A stretch of DNA of 64,000 nt, from NCBI GenBank assembly GCA_040954595.2, contig CM082585.2, positions 3,750,902 through 3,814,901 on the forward strand, in the 5' to 3' direction. The notes beneath the pieces are model-generated. The model was not told where the DNA came from. It saw only the letters and a list, made by a program, of their open reading frames with translations, and ran no database searches. Source of the stretch: Balanoglossus misakiensis. Its lineage: Eukaryota > Animalia > Hemichordata. Positions 11,933 through 24,551 of this stretch are shown here, in pieces. The translations under genes and the position numbers were made by a program. The first letter of the stretch is position 1. Each line of letters starts with the position of its first letter.

Positions 11933-12850
11933 ATGGCGAAAGAGTGGCCGGGCTTTTTCTACAAAGGTTGTTTCTTCATCGACAGTGCTAGCAGCATTGA
12001 AACTGTCGAAAGTGACCCCATGGAGAAGTGGGACGTAAGACCAGACGATGTCGTCATAGTGACGTATCCCAAATCCGGGACATACTGGATGTTGAAGGCG
12101 GTGAGCTCTCTATGTAGCGACCTACATTACTCACTGACAACAACCAAGAAAGCTTTGCGTCTGGGCTTGCTTTTTGAGGACGCTGAACGCTTACCTGGTA
12201 CCTACGGAGAGCACGCGGACGCGTTCAAGACATCACTGACTGCGCTACCATCACCGAGGCTGTTCATATGTCACATACCATGCCAGCTGTTCCCGAGATC
12301 ATGGATTGATGGTGAAAGAAAATGCAAAATTATCTACGTCACAAGAAACCCGAAGGATGTCTGTGTTTCTTCTTATTTCTATAGAAAGGCTACACCTTGG
12401 TGTGGAATGCGTTTGAATTGGGCTGAGTGGGTAGTAGCTTTCATGGAAGGTAAAGTGTGGTACGGTTCGTGGTTGGACCATGTCTTGGCTTGGAAACAGT
12501 ACGGCCTACAAGATAATGTTTTACATGTCACATTTGAAGATATGAAGAGAGATTCGAAGTCAGTGCTGACCAGTATTGCGGAATTCTTGGGTCGTCCCAA
12601 GTCAGAGGAAGAAATTGAGCGAGTGGTGAAAAGCTGCAGTTTTGAAGAAATGAGCCGAGCTGACGAAGTCTTCTGGAAGTGCACAGTTGCCAGGGAAACC
12701 TTCTCAAAAGGCGCTCGCCACCAGCGCAAGGGGCAAGTCGGTGATTGGAAGAACCACTTCACCGTCGCACAAAATGAGTTGTTTGATCGGGAAATCACAG
12801 AAAAGGCAGAAAACCGCGGGTTAAAATTGGTATACATGTACCAGATATAA
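11933..12850 (+). CDS. Cytosolic (SULT1-like) PAPS-dependent sulfotransferase, single coding exon, 305 aa
   Basis: 5'PSB motif TYPKSGT, 3'PB motif RNPKDVCVS, C-terminal RKGQVGDWKNHFT. Confidence 0.93.
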   Translation: MAKEWPGFFYKGCFFIDSASSIETVESDPMEKWDVRPDDVVIVTYPKSGTYWMLKAVSSLCSDLHYSLTTTKKALRLGLLFEDAERLPGTYGEHADAFKTSLTALPSPRLFICHIPCQLFPRSWIDGERKCKIIYVTRNPKDVCVSSYFYRKATPWCGMRLNWAEWVVAFMEGKVWYGSWLDHVLAWKQYGLQDNVLHVTFEDMKRDSKSVLTSIAEFLGRPKSEEEIERVVKSCSFEEMSRADEVFWKCTVARETFSKGARHQRKGQVGDWKNHFTVAQNELFDREITEKAENRGLKLVYMYQI

Positions 12851-14317
12851 CACTCACATTCACAATCACAACAATATGTTGGTCCTTTGTTTTCTTGTAT
12901 ACCACTTTTTTTTAAATCTAGTTATATTATTGTCAAATTCTGAACAATAGGGCTTTTGCATCGATTGCCACAACTCCATATTCAGTACAGTTATCAAATA
13001 TTTACGCAAGATAAGTTGGGTCAACGCGGTTGCTTGAGAACAGTTCACTGTGGACCAAAAGACAACTCAAGGTGCCCTTGAAGAAAAAAGACAATGTGAA
13101 TATATTGTACTGCCCTAGGGGGGCCGATTGAAATCCAGGGGCCCCGAGTATCATTACAACCTGGGATGGAAACTGAACAGAAGAAGGGAAGAAAACTTTC
13201 TTTGAATGTGTGTTGGTATGGAAACTGTGCAACCTACAAGATTTTCTTGTACACACTAGTCACCATTTGAAGATATGAAGAAAGACTGATTTGAGAGTAT
13301 TTTAATTCACGTATTTATCAATCTGATTAAAGTAAATATGTAAAGCCGCTGCAAATAACTTTGTTTTTGGTCTATCGCATGACTGGGCTTTAACACAGCG
13401 CCACCATGCGGAAGAAATGGGGCGGGATCCAGATTACTTTGTTTTTACCTCAAGTGATGAAACCGTAGTCTGGTGCCCTGCCCCAATCCCACCGCTGGCT
13501 GCGCTACGCTAAAGGGAAAGGGGTCAGGTACATAGATATCATGCCTTGCCTCTCAAGAGGGCGTCGTCAATGACCTTTGGCTTTTCAGAGACGCGGTCAA
13601 GGTGATTGACCATGTTGTAGTGAACCAGACAACACAAATAATCCATTATAAGAAATATCAACAAAATAATGTCAAAAGTGTGTGAGACTTTGTCGTATTC
13701 AAAATACCAGATCCTCTCTCTGTTGGTGGATGTGCATGATGTGTGAATTAAAGTCAAGCCAGAGATAATTTTCTTCATGCTATTGGGTCAAATCACATTA
13801 TAATAGATTCAGATTCGTTTATTGCATTGTAAATCTGAATCATATTATAATAATTGTATTATGGGTGGAAGTCAACAACTCACAATAAAAGATGATTATT
13901 ACCTGGATTTTGAGTCTAAAAATTCCATCCTCGTACTTTACATGTAGAACTCCTTAACTTTTCGACATTTAGTTATTTCTTTTTCCTACAGATATGACCC
14001 AACATTCAATTAATATATTGTTAACTTTTGACAGAAATTTGCCATCTTGAAATTTTGTTGACCATATGAAATTTTTATCATTCACCTAGGTAGCAAAAAC
14101 CTATTTAAGTTAGTGTGTATTACATTACATATACATAAAACAAGTCTTCTTTGACTTTATGTACAACCAATGGTAAAAACCCTAATTGTGTTTAACTTTG
14201 AGGGTATGTCTACATCATTCTTCTCAGCAGGGGTATCAGGCCATCAGCTTGTGAGATCGGTACACAGACAGTCTTTATTTCTGGCACCGAGAAGAAAACG
14301 CACAACAGATTCGCAGA

Positions 14318-16333
14318 CTATGTCTTTTTGAATTCTTCACTAAACTCAGACTCTAAGATCGTCCCAGCAATTTCATCAGCTGCAGCAAGATATCCTCCGG
14401 CACGTAACCAGTCTAACAGCTTGGTTACGGTAGCATCTCGTCCAAATTTAGTTTCCATGGCATTCAATAGATGAATAGGCTGTAATGATGCCTGTGGATG
14501 ACTATCTACCAACCAGTCAGATGGGTCTTGTCCGAGGACCTGCGCACTCATCAGTAACACATCACGCTGAGTAACCGTGACATTCACAATGTGAAAAATC
14601 CTTTGCCATATCCTTTCGTGCATACGAGCGATGGGAGCATCAAGACTATCTCCAACTGTTTTGGAAAAACAGATAAAAATATGATTGACAACTAAAACAC
14701 CATAAAAAAATCAAGCAGGGGGATTTACTCTCCAGTTTTACAAACGTGTACACAAGATGGGCCTCAGCCCTGTGTGTACAACTCGTGCCTGACATGCAAA
14801 CACGTTTTAACGCAGAGACTGAAAGAGATTGCACATTAATTAGCAAAGGAAATCACTTTTTAATGATAGATCAGTGGCCACAGAACTTTCGGCATATATG
14901 GTATCTTCCAACTGTCAATTATATTCTATGAGTGTACTGGAATCACACAGTCACAGGTGGGTGTGATTAATGTATTTTTTAGAGACGATCATGAACACAA
15001 TTTGAAAAGAAGCTTGCAAAATGTTTTATTTGTTTTCCAAGGATGTTTTAGAATGTTCTGATCACATAATTTTTATATAAACAATGAACAACAAAATCTT
15101 TGTTCAAAAAGGCTGTCTCGTACCATCACTGATCAAACTTTCAGCATTCTTCCTAGCAAAAACTAAAAGATTGTGTCTTACGTCGAGCCAGCACTTCGCC
15201 AACTGCTTGTATTTGTTCACTCTCTGTCTGGAAAGAATTGTATTCATCTTGGTCTATGTGAACGGTTACAGGGATTTCTGCAGCGCCAACAGCCTCTAAG
15301 ATTTCTTTGGTGATGACGGCTTTCTGGAACACTGGCTGCAGTTTGCCACTGTGGAACTTCTCCCAAAGATGTGTGGCTGCTTCCCTTGAGACGCAGCTGA
15401 CGACAAATTCAATGCACGAATGCTGTACTCTTTCACATGTGACACCATCCATATTTTCCATGTGGGTCTTCGCATGTGGTACGTCACTCCAGCTATTTAT
15501 CTTGGACTGCATAATTGAAGTGACAAGGAACATTGCTTCTTCTTTGGTCATCGTCTTAGTAATGTTCATCTGGCCGTCATCACCGAAATCCACTTTTATC
15601 ACAACCTCAGCTGTAATTGATAAATAACTTTTAGACAATATAGTCTACTAACAGTGGACTCTCAAAAATACAACTAGTGGACTCTCAATACAAATGTATA
15701 GAAATAATGTGTGTGTTGTGTATATGTATGTGGTGACATGCTTAATCAGATAAACATTAAAGGAATTTGGTACTATGGTCACCTATGCAAATTTAACCAC
15801 TGTTACCATGGCAAATTCATGTATACCTTTAAGAATGCTACTGAGCCAATGATGCAGTGTGCTGGTACTAGTGGTACGGGTAGTGTTGTTTACGCCATTA
15901 TTTTATTTGGCACTGGAACACAGTTTATCGAATGGGACTACAATGAAACAACAGCTCGGTTTTGTCGGGTGAGTATTAGGTTTTGGAGATTTCGACGGGT
16001 CATTCAACCGCAGTACGTACCTCGATTTCTTCGTTTGCGGTGACCATGTTTTTCGAGGAATTCGATAACTCTCTCCTTCAGAGGGAATCGTTTCAAACAA
16101 CGGAATAAGTTCAACAGTAATTTCAAGTCACATTCCGATATGTGTCCTTGGTTTTCGAGCTCAAGGAACACGTCATTAGCACTGACAAGTTTATGTGCAA
16201 CACTCTTCTTGATTTGGTTCCCTTGCATGAGACTTTTCATGGCGGCTACATCGTGGTCAAGCAGTTCACCGTCCAGTTCAAGGAAAAGCTCTCGTAGTGG
16301 AGCGATTTCACACGATTGTTCAGCACAGGCCAT
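14318..16333 (-). CDS. Death-fold adaptor: DED + TRADD-N-like domain + death domain; exons 16333-16021, 15610-15182, 14655-14318 (359 aa)
   Basis: Three ORF segments joined by phase-1 GT-AG introns (cgag|gtacgt, tacag|ct, cgac|gtaag, aacag|tt); total 1080 nt. Exon 1: LRELFLELDGELLDHDVAAMKSLM...DVFLELENQGHISECDLKLLLNLFRCLKRFPL (DED). Exon 2: SCIEFVVSCVSREAATHLWEKFHSGKLQPVFQKAVIT...VTVHIDQDEY. Exon 3: GRDATVTKLLDWLRAGGYLAAADEI (death domain). Domain names assigned by motif recognition. Confidence 0.8.
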
Positions 16334-18067
16334 GAATGCTTCGGCAATCGTACCTAACCTTTCACCGTCGTTCTTCTACTCATGTAGAGGAGCAAGATAC
16401 GTTCAACGTTGTTCGTTAATAACATATACACAGCCTGAGAAAACCAAACGTCAATACATCCCGCGCCATGTTGAACCACGAGACTTGAACCAAGGTCAGG
16501 TCAGGTCAGGTCAAACGTAGCCTCCATTTTGATTACAGTTATGCCTATAGGGGGCGCTCAGTAAAACCTCATGAGCTGCCACTTTTCACAACTGGCAGTC
16601 TTGTAGTCTACTGTACTATAACTTTTTTTTTTAATTAATGGAAAAAGGGCAGCGAGAGAGACTTTGTCCCTTTAAGTTCTTGAACTGTTGACGTATGTTT
16701 CGAATCACTGAATATGACGGCATACGTCACCTTCTTTCAAACCATTTACCAAACCATTCACCAATTACCCCTGTCCTTCGACTGGACCCAACTAGGCCTA
16801 AGGGACCGTTCAGTTTTTACGGCAGGGGGGGGGGGGCAAGTTTTTGTCATCGGTTCTCAGAATCAGGCCGACCCCCCCCCCTTCACCCCGGACCAAAAAA
16901 TGATGACCCCCCCTTTGACAGACCCAAAAATATGATGACCCCCTCCCCCACGCCCAAAACATTCGCCGTCCTGATCCTATGTACACTGTATGCAATAAAG
17001 GGAATGAGGCTCCTCACACCTCAATTATATATTTCTTAAAGTATTATTGAAGTATATAATAGTATATCGTTGCAATAAAGAAATCTATGAACAAATTAAA
17101 ATGACAAGTCAATACAATAGTTGCTAGAATCGGTAAAACAAGAAAAGTGGCGGGGTGAGCGTGGGAGGGGGTGTCCCCCTCCCACATAAGAAAATTTTGT
17201 AAAATACGGTGCTCAAAGTTGCAATTTAATGAACTCAAAAGCAAATTAACTCAATGTTAGGGAGGACAAATTTTAATTTTGCCACTCCACTAAAAGTAAG
17301 CATCGGGGTGGGGTGGCAAGAAGTCTTCCCTGGTACAGTAGACAAACCAGTGAATAAATGCAATGTGGCGAAGAATGGAGGGGGTGGGAAAATTTTGTAA
17401 AATATGTATCGCAAAGTTGCATTTTAATGAACTCAAAAGCAAATTATCTCAATTTTTGGGAGGACCAATTTTACTTTTTGCCACTCCACTCAAATTTAGA
17501 AGATTTGGCGTCATCTTGTCATGACATCATTTATAAAACTTCTAGTATAGAGAAGATGCATCTATCAGTTATGCAAAATGGTTTAAACGATTATTCTCCT
17601 TTCTGTATTCACTTTGTTAAATATTATCATTGGTGGGGTTGGGGTGGCAAGCACTCTGCCCTGGTACACTAGACAAACCAGCAAAAAATGAAATGTGGCG
17701 GAGAATGAATGGGGTGGGTGTGGGAGGGGGTCCCCCTCCCACATTAGAAAATTTTGTAAAATAAAGGGTGCGAAACTGCAATTTTGTGGACTCAAAAGCA
17801 AAAGTTTTTTTTGTTTTTTTTTGTTTTTATTTTTATTGAGCATTTCAGAAGAAAAAAAAAGACAAGACAAAGAGGAAAAAGAAACGAAAAAAACAGGCTG
17901 GGAAGGGTTTGGCAAACTGTAGTAAACTTACATCTGATAAAGAAAGAAAACAAAAACAAAGTTACATCCGCGTATTTTTACTATTTATAATGGTGGGGAC
18001 TGTCCACAAAACTGACTTAGTTGTTTCCATTTGGGACCAGGGTTCATTTTGTCAAATTCTTTTAATT

Positions 18068-20827
18068 TCATTTTACATTTTTCAATTTCAATTTTTTGTT
18101 GTACCCAATAAAAATAAAATATTGTATATTTGGTATTTTGTGTTTTTTCTTACATTCGTATATATGTTTCTTACCTAAAAGAATGACAAAATTGACAAGT
18201 GAAAAGTTGTCTTCCATGATCTTTCCCAAAATTACATTCTCTGGTGATAGAGTAAGTTGAATATTACAATTTCGAAGCAGAACTAATTCAATATCTCCCC
18301 AGAATTGTAGGACATATTCACATTCAAAGAAAAGATGAATTATGTCTTCAGTCCAAAGATGACAGAAAGTACATTTGCCTGAATCAATTACATTTCTTAT
18401 TCTTAGAAATCTATTTGTATCTATGATTCGAGTTAATATTTTATACTGGAAACTTTGCAGTGCTGTGTCATCTGTGATTTTGAAAATAAGTGGAAAGAAT
18501 TTTGTTAGCCCTTCATTCAGATTGAATTCCTCTATCCATTTCGTTGTGCTGCTTTGAGATTTTACTCTTTTCATTGTACAATTTTGAAAAAGGTTTAAAT
18601 AGACTTGCCTACAAACTTTTCCTGATATGAACAGTTGGTTGTTATTTAATTGATTTGGGTTCTTTTTAGCATTTTCTTTCCACTGTCTCGGTATGGCGTC
18701 AATGAGACACATATACTTAAACACTTCAGAGTTGGGCAGATCAAATTTTTTCCTGAGATCTTTAAAGTCCATTATACAATGTTTTTCATCTAAAAGGTCT
18801 TTGAAGTTACAAATACCCTGTTGATGCCAGGTTAGATAATGCACTATTTTATTACCAATTAAAATATTTGGATTTGCCCAGAGGCACTCTGAAATTGACC
18901 CTCTGGCCTGGATTTCATTGTTTATGGGAAACCACGTGATCAGCGTGTTTTTCCAAAATAAATTTTGACTAAAGTAAGTAAAGGCCACTTTTTTAGCAAT
19001 TTGCGCAGTGAAGTAGGGAAAACAGTGTCCACTGAACCCACATGTAATATTAAATAATTGTTTCCATTGTCCCGGTTTATCATCCATCAATCTGTATAAC
19101 CATGATATATGGAGCGAATCAGCCAATGTTGACAAATCTACCATATTCAATCCACCATTTTGAATATCACAGCACAGCCTGAGCCTATTAATTTTTGCTT
19201 GTCTGTTATTCCAAATAAAGCTTGAAAATGCGTCATTTAACTGTTGTAGCAGTGAAATCGACATCTTTGGTAGTATTGACATGATATGAATGAGCTTAGG
19301 TACTGCCAATGTCTTAACAACACATATTTTCCCACGCAATGTCAGTGGCCGCATGGACCACATATTCAAAAGTCGTTTAATTGAATCAATTACCGGAATA
19401 TAGTTCAGTTTTTCGTATTTCTCTAATTTGACGTCAAAGGTAATTCCAAGCAGGGTGAAAGGTTCGTCAGACCAATGTATATTATAATCAGTTTCTAATT
19501 GTTCATTACAGTATGCTCTCGAACCAAACCAAATAGCTTTTGTTTTCTCAAAATTTGGACGAAGACCGGAAATCAAAGAAAATTGTTTTAGTATTAAAAG
19601 CACTTCCTGTAATGAGCTTTGTGATCCATCTAGAAATAAGAATGAATCGTCGGCATATTGACCTAGTAGAAATTTCTCATGTTCTACTTGGAATCCTTTG
19701 ACGTGGGGAGATCTTCTTAGTGCAGCCGCTAAAAGTTCAACAGCTGTTATGAATAAATAAGGTGACAGAGGATCACCCTGTCGAACACCTCTATGTATAT
19801 TGAAAAAAGATGAAAAATGTCCGTTATTTATAACACAGCTGTTTATATTTTTATAACACACTTCTATCCACCTACAGAAAGAATGGCCAAAGTTAAAATA
19901 TTTTAACGTTTTAAGCATGTAATCCCATTCTATTGAATCAAATGCCTTTTCGAAGTCGAGCAACAGCATTAACCCAGGTAAATTTCTTACTTTAGCAATA
20001 GAAAATATATCATAGACTAGTCGGGTATTTTCACCAATAAAACGCCCTTTTAAAAAGCCCTTTTGATTCTCATGAATAATACTTGGCAATACGTTTTTCA
20101 TTCTGTCAGCTAAAATTGCCGAGGCAATTTTGTAATCGGTATTTAGTAAAGTTATTGGTCGCCAATTCTTCAATAATTGTCTGTTTTTGTTCTGTTTCGG
20201 TATGCATGTAATTATTCCTTGTTTTTGTGATACTGAAAATTCCCCCTTTTGATAGGCTTCGTTCAATGACCGTGTGACCAGATTCCCAACTGATGTCCAG
20301 AACATTTTGTAAAACTCGGCCGGAAAGCCATCAGAGCCCGGACTTTTATTGTTTGACATTCTTCTCAACGCTTCTGTACATTCTTTTAATGTTATGGCAC
20401 CTTCTAACTTTCCACTTTCTTCTGTACTAAGTTTAGGGATATCATTGTATTTCAGAAATTCACTCTCGGTGATAGACTCACTGCCTCGTTTGCTGGAATA
20501 AAGGGATTCGTAGAAACATTTCTGTTCCTCGAGAATTTCTTCTTGTTTTGTTATGACATTGTCGTCCCTTATTAATTTACAAATTGTTTTATTTACATAC
20601 TGTCTTTTTTCTAACGAACAAAAATATTTGGTTGGTTTTTCACCCTCTCCTGACCAACGTGCTTTAGAGCGCAGAATTGCTCCATCTACTTTAGCCTGCC
20701 TTAACTGTTCGATTGCCATATTTTCTTCTTCTAATTTTTCTACGTTGATCACGGAGGGGGAAACTGTACAAATTCTGTCAAGTTCTTCTATTTCTCTTTC
20801 CAAATCTTTCTCTTTTATATTTCTTTC
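18068..20827 (-). CDS. LINE ORF2 reverse transcriptase and C-terminal zinc knuckle (no N-terminus; not a complete gene)
   Basis: KSPGSDG, NWRPITLL, LDFEKAFDS, RGVRQGDPLSPYLF, QYADD, CTFC...HLFFEC; more than 900 uninterrupted codons. Confidence 0.93.
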   Translation of the reverse strand, partial: ERNIKEKDLEREIEELDRICTVSPSVINVEKLEEENMAIEQLRQAKVDGAILRSKARWSGEGEKPTKYFCSLEKRQYVNKTICKLIRDDNVITKQEEILEEQKCFYESLYSSKRGSESITESEFLKYNDIPKLSTEESGKLEGAITLKECTEALRRMSNNKSPGSDGFPAEFYKMFWTSVGNLVTRSLNEAYQKGEFSVSQKQGIITCIPKQNKNRQLLKNWRPITLLNTDYKIASAILADRMKNVLPSIIHENQKGFLKGRFIGENTRLVYDIFSIAKVRNLPGLMLLLDFEKAFDSIEWDYMLKTLKYFNFGHSFCRWIEVCYKNINSCVINNGHFSSFFNIHRGVRQGDPLSPYLFITAVELLAAALRRSPHVKGFQVEHEKFLLGQYADDSFLFLDGSQSSLQEVLLILKQFSLISGLRPNFEKTKAIWFGSRAYCNEQLETDYNIHWSDEPFTLLGITFDVKLEKYEKLNYIPVIDSIKRLLNMWSMRPLTLRGKICVVKTLAVPKLIHIMSILPKMSISLLQQLNDAFSSFIWNNRQAKINRLRLCCDIQNGGLNMVDLSTLADSLHISWLYRLMDDKPGQWKQLFNITCGFSGHCFPYFTAQIAKKVAFTYFSQNLFWKNTLITWFPINNEIQARGSISECLWANPNILIGNKIVHYLTWHQQGICNFKDLLDEKHCIMDFKDLRKKFDLPNSEVFKYMCLIDAIPRQWKENAKKNPNQLNNNQLFISGKVCRQVYLNLFQNCTMKRVKSQSSTTKWIEEFNLNEGLTKFFPLIFKITDDTALQSFQYKILTRIIDTNRFLRIRNVIDSGKCTFCHLWTEDIIHLFFECEYVLQFWGDIELVLLRNCNIQLTLSPENVILGKIMEDNFSLVNFVILLGKKHIYECKKKHKIPNIQYFIFIGYNKKLKLKNVK

Positions 20828-22331
20828 ACAACCCGGAGTCGCTGGAAATAAGCATCCCGTGGGAATCCATGTTATTCAGTAGGTGAGCTCTTTTGAGCAA
20901 GGTAAATGGGCCAGCTTTTCATCAACACAAGTACCCGGGTGTGCCTGTGCTTTTGTTTCCGTACCGCCTGGCTGCAAAGATTTGTTTTCACAGTCGCAGC
21001 TGGACGGGCGCAACAACACTACTGCACTAACGCTACTGCATTGGGTGCGCGTCCGATACTCGAATTTATCCGCATGCATTAATTTCTGTCAGAAAAAAAT
21101 GACCTAAAATAGTCTAGAGGAAACCTCAATAAATCGTCCTCACAATGTTATGACAAATTATTATATAACCGCAAAACAAATCCCCGGGTATTTACAATTC
21201 TTGATACCAGACTATCAGACCTGGTCGTTCCAACTGCAGGGGTCTCTCCCCCCCCCCCCCCAGTCCCAAAGCGTGCGCGTGACCTCGCGCACAAAACGTG
21301 ACCTTAGCAACGGTCACAGCCACCCCTGTCGCGAAAATGCCGCGGCCTACCTTTTGTTTGTGGACGCACGGAGCCGGCCAGATGACGGTGATTTCGACAA
21401 CAGTCTCCCAGTTCCAGTGCCGCGACTACAACTGCCGTCTCCCCTCGTGTCCTTGAGAGCTTGAATGAATAATGCTAAACTCCATTCCGGTGACGTTTAA
21501 CTACTCAACTCCTAATCCTATGGTGGCGCTCCCAGTTGTCAATATAATGCTTGGCCAGGCCCCTGGACTGCTGGAGAACTTCAAACCACAGAAGAAAATA
21601 CTTTTCCTAGTTGTTTCTCCTTTTTTGAGCCAAAAAATCCTTTCAAAGCCACGAAGAAATAAATCTGTAACTGCATACATTACATCAGGCTTTTCGATTC
21701 TCCTTTTTATTGTAACCTTTGGTTTTACATGTATTTCCATTTTTTCTGTGTCTATATACCAAATGCAACTTCTTCCTATACTCAAAACAGCATGGTGCCA
21801 ATATACCCAGTACTCCATAGCCTGCACTATTGTTATTGTTGACAGAATGAATTCTACTCCGGACTTTGCAATGCACATAATATATTTTGCATTTCATCCT
21901 GTTTCGGGAATTTTAAAAATACCAATTAAATTATGAAATTATTGCTTGCTTGCTTGTTTGTTTGTTTGTTTGTTTATATTTTAATTAGGTAAATCGGAAA
22001 GTAAAGATGTGACACAACTCCAGAAATTTGTCTTGGGAAATTTGTCTTGGAATTTTCAGGTAACGGTTCCACAAATCCACGTTGCTCGCTAGAGGGCGCC
22101 ATGCAAGAAGTTTGCCGGGGTTACACATACGGTACATTGGTGCAAGAACGAAGTATCTACAGTATGAAGTCCAAAGATCATTTAACGAAAGTTTTTTCCA
22201 ACTCGATACTGCCTGGCTACTGAACGTTAGTTTGCCTCGCCTACATACTATCACGTACACAGAGTCAATTCGTACAATTAAACAAATCATATGACTTCAA
22301 AGAGACAGGTACGAACTGGGCGTTCACCAAA

Positions 22332-24551
22332 ATGGCTGCAAAGGCGACCACCTTTCTGGATGAAATCAACGAGAATTTTCTTCTCTGTAGTGTATGCTCA
22401 CAGCGATACCAGAATGCTAAGCTTCTACCGTGTCTGCACACTTTCTGTGAGCCGTGTCTGGTTAAACTGGCCGGGGGAGGCCGGTCTCTAACCTGCCCGG
22501 TGTGTCGGCGGTCACATCAACTGCCCGCCGACGGTGCAGCCGGCCTAGACAACAACCCCTTCTTGAACGATTTGGTGGACTTGTTCAAGAAACGAGGCGA
22601 CAAGCAAGATGATCTGGCGAAATGTGAAGGCTGCAAGCAAGGGGATCAGGTGAAGCACTGTGTGGAGTGTGCCATCGCCATATGTTCCATTTGTGAAGCC
22701 TCGCATAAGGTACTTCCACTTACGAAATCGCATCGCCTGATTTCCCTTGACGAGTATCTCTCAGCCAAGTCCTCCGACCCGGCGTCAGTGCAGCCTCCGG
22801 TCTACTGCAGCAAACACCCAAACTACGAGATCGAATTCTACTGCGATACATGCGACGCGGCGATCTGTCTGATGTGTACCGTGTTGGACCATCCAATGAC
22901 ACAGCACAAATACAGGTGCGTCAAAGATGCAGCCAAAGATTACACCAAAGATCTGACGGCCATGATTGACAAAGTGAAAACGAAAGAAACCGAAGCAAAC
23001 GACAGCAAAACTGCTGTGACATTCACCTTGCAATCCCTGGATACGTGCTTCAAGAAAGAAACCAATCAACTGAAAGATCACACCCAGAAAACGATAAAAG
23101 AAACGACTCGTCTTATTACAGAAGATGACGACAAACTTCAGACAGAAATGAAGGCCGAATACGACTCCAGAAAAGTCAATTTGAACGCCCAACTGAAAGA
23201 ACTAGAAATCATGCAGTATGATCTCTCAAATGCACGGGAATATGCCGAGAAGCTGATGAATTATGGCAACGCTGCGCACCTGATGTCGGCCAAAGTTGGA
23301 ATCTCTACCAAAGTGAAACAATTACTGAAGGAAGAGAGTAAGTGCGAGCCGAGAGAGAGTGACTATATGGAGTTCAAACCGAGTGGCGACTTCTGCAAGA
23401 CGAAGACCCTCGGTATAATCCAAACAGCGATGACGTCTGTAACATTGAAGTGTGTGTCAAAGACTCAAACGGATGATGAAGATAACACCGTAGCCACGGC
23501 AACGGGAGACACTAGAGCGCACGGTTCGGCTTCTACCGACGCGGTCAAATCAGCATATGCATCGAAGGAAGTTGAGAGTGTGGAAGGGGTGACAGAGAGT
23601 AGAAACGGCCGAACAACGACTTTGAAGACTCCTGCAAAGATGGAAGGGGGCCAGAAACTGTCAGCTTCAGTCAGTAAGAAACCTGTACAGGGATCACCAG
23701 TTAAGAGTAAACCAGTTCCTAAGAAAGGGTTGGTGTGTAAATTTGGGGAGAAGGGTAGAGGGGCTGGCCAGCTGCAGGGTACGTTTGGGGTAACCCTCAC
23801 AAGAACAGGAGATGCGTTAGTTTCTGACTTTGATAATCATAGATTGCAATCTTTCAGTGTAGGTGGAAAACACCAGAAAATATTCCAATTTGGAAATTTG
23901 GGTAATGCATTTGAACCAAAGGATGCAGCTGTGTCAGTGGATGGGAATATTTTCACAACAGATGGAGGAAATAAGCAGGTAATTGTCTGTGACGAGAATG
24001 GCAAACTGATCAGGTGTTTTGGGAAGGGAAAGATTAAACATCCGATCGGTATTGGTATAAGTCCTGTCAATGGGAGGGTTTATGTTGTGGATAACAGTGC
24101 ACACTGTATTCATATCTACGACCAGGATGGAAATCATATCAAATCATTTGGGAGTAAGGGAAGTAAGGGGGGTGAGTTTAGCTATCCATGGTTTGTCTGC
24201 ATTGACGACAAAGGCAATGTCTACGTATCAGATACCGGAAACCATCGAATTCAAGTGTTCGATAGCGATGGTCACTTTCTGTATACATTCGGCTCTGAGG
24301 GACGTGGAGATGGTCAGCTCTTTCATTCCCGAGGAGTGGCTGTGGATAAACACGGCTATGTGTACGTCTCAGACAAAGGAAATAACAGGATCGTCAAATA
24401 CGAATCCGGAGGAAAGTTTGTCTGTCGCATTGACCGTGACGAGGATGGACTCAATGCACCATTCGGTATCTGTGTGACCGGCGATGAACCACTTTGTAAG
24501 GTTCTGGTTGCTGACTATGGAAACCACTGTGTAAAGGTATTCGCGCAGTAA
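22332..24551 (+). CDS. TRIM-NHL E3 ligase (TRIM2/3/71-like), single coding exon, 739 aa
   Basis: RING CSVC...PCLHTFCEPC...CPVC, two B-boxes, coiled coil, degenerate filamin-like segment (..VQGSPV), NHL repeats ending VLVADYGNHCVKVF. Confidence 0.93.
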   Translation: MAAKATTFLDEINENFLLCSVCSQRYQNAKLLPCLHTFCEPCLVKLAGGGRSLTCPVCRRSHQLPADGAAGLDNNPFLNDLVDLFKKRGDKQDDLAKCEGCKQGDQVKHCVECAIAICSICEASHKVLPLTKSHRLISLDEYLSAKSSDPASVQPPVYCSKHPNYEIEFYCDTCDAAICLMCTVLDHPMTQHKYRCVKDAAKDYTKDLTAMIDKVKTKETEANDSKTAVTFTLQSLDTCFKKETNQLKDHTQKTIKETTRLITEDDDKLQTEMKAEYDSRKVNLNAQLKELEIMQYDLSNAREYAEKLMNYGNAAHLMSAKVGISTKVKQLLKEESKCEPRESDYMEFKPSGDFCKTKTLGIIQTAMTSVTLKCVSKTQTDDEDNTVATATGDTRAHGSASTDAVKSAYASKEVESVEGVTESRNGRTTTLKTPAKMEGGQKLSASVSKKPVQGSPVKSKPVPKKGLVCKFGEKGRGAGQLQGTFGVTLTRTGDALVSDFDNHRLQSFSVGGKHQKIFQFGNLGNAFEPKDAAVSVDGNIFTTDGGNKQVIVCDENGKLIRCFGKGKIKHPIGIGISPVNGRVYVVDNSAHCIHIYDQDGNHIKSFGSKGSKGGEFSYPWFVCIDDKGNVYVSDTGNHRIQVFDSDGHFLYTFGSEGRGDGQLFHSRGVAVDKHGYVYVSDKGNNRIVKYESGGKFVCRIDRDEDGLNAPFGICVTGDEPLCKVLVADYGNHCVKVFAQ

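Noticed and set aside
16495-16515. (AGGTC)4 resembling nuclear-receptor half sites upstream of the adaptor gene
   Set aside because: Indistinguishable from a short pentanucleotide microsatellite.
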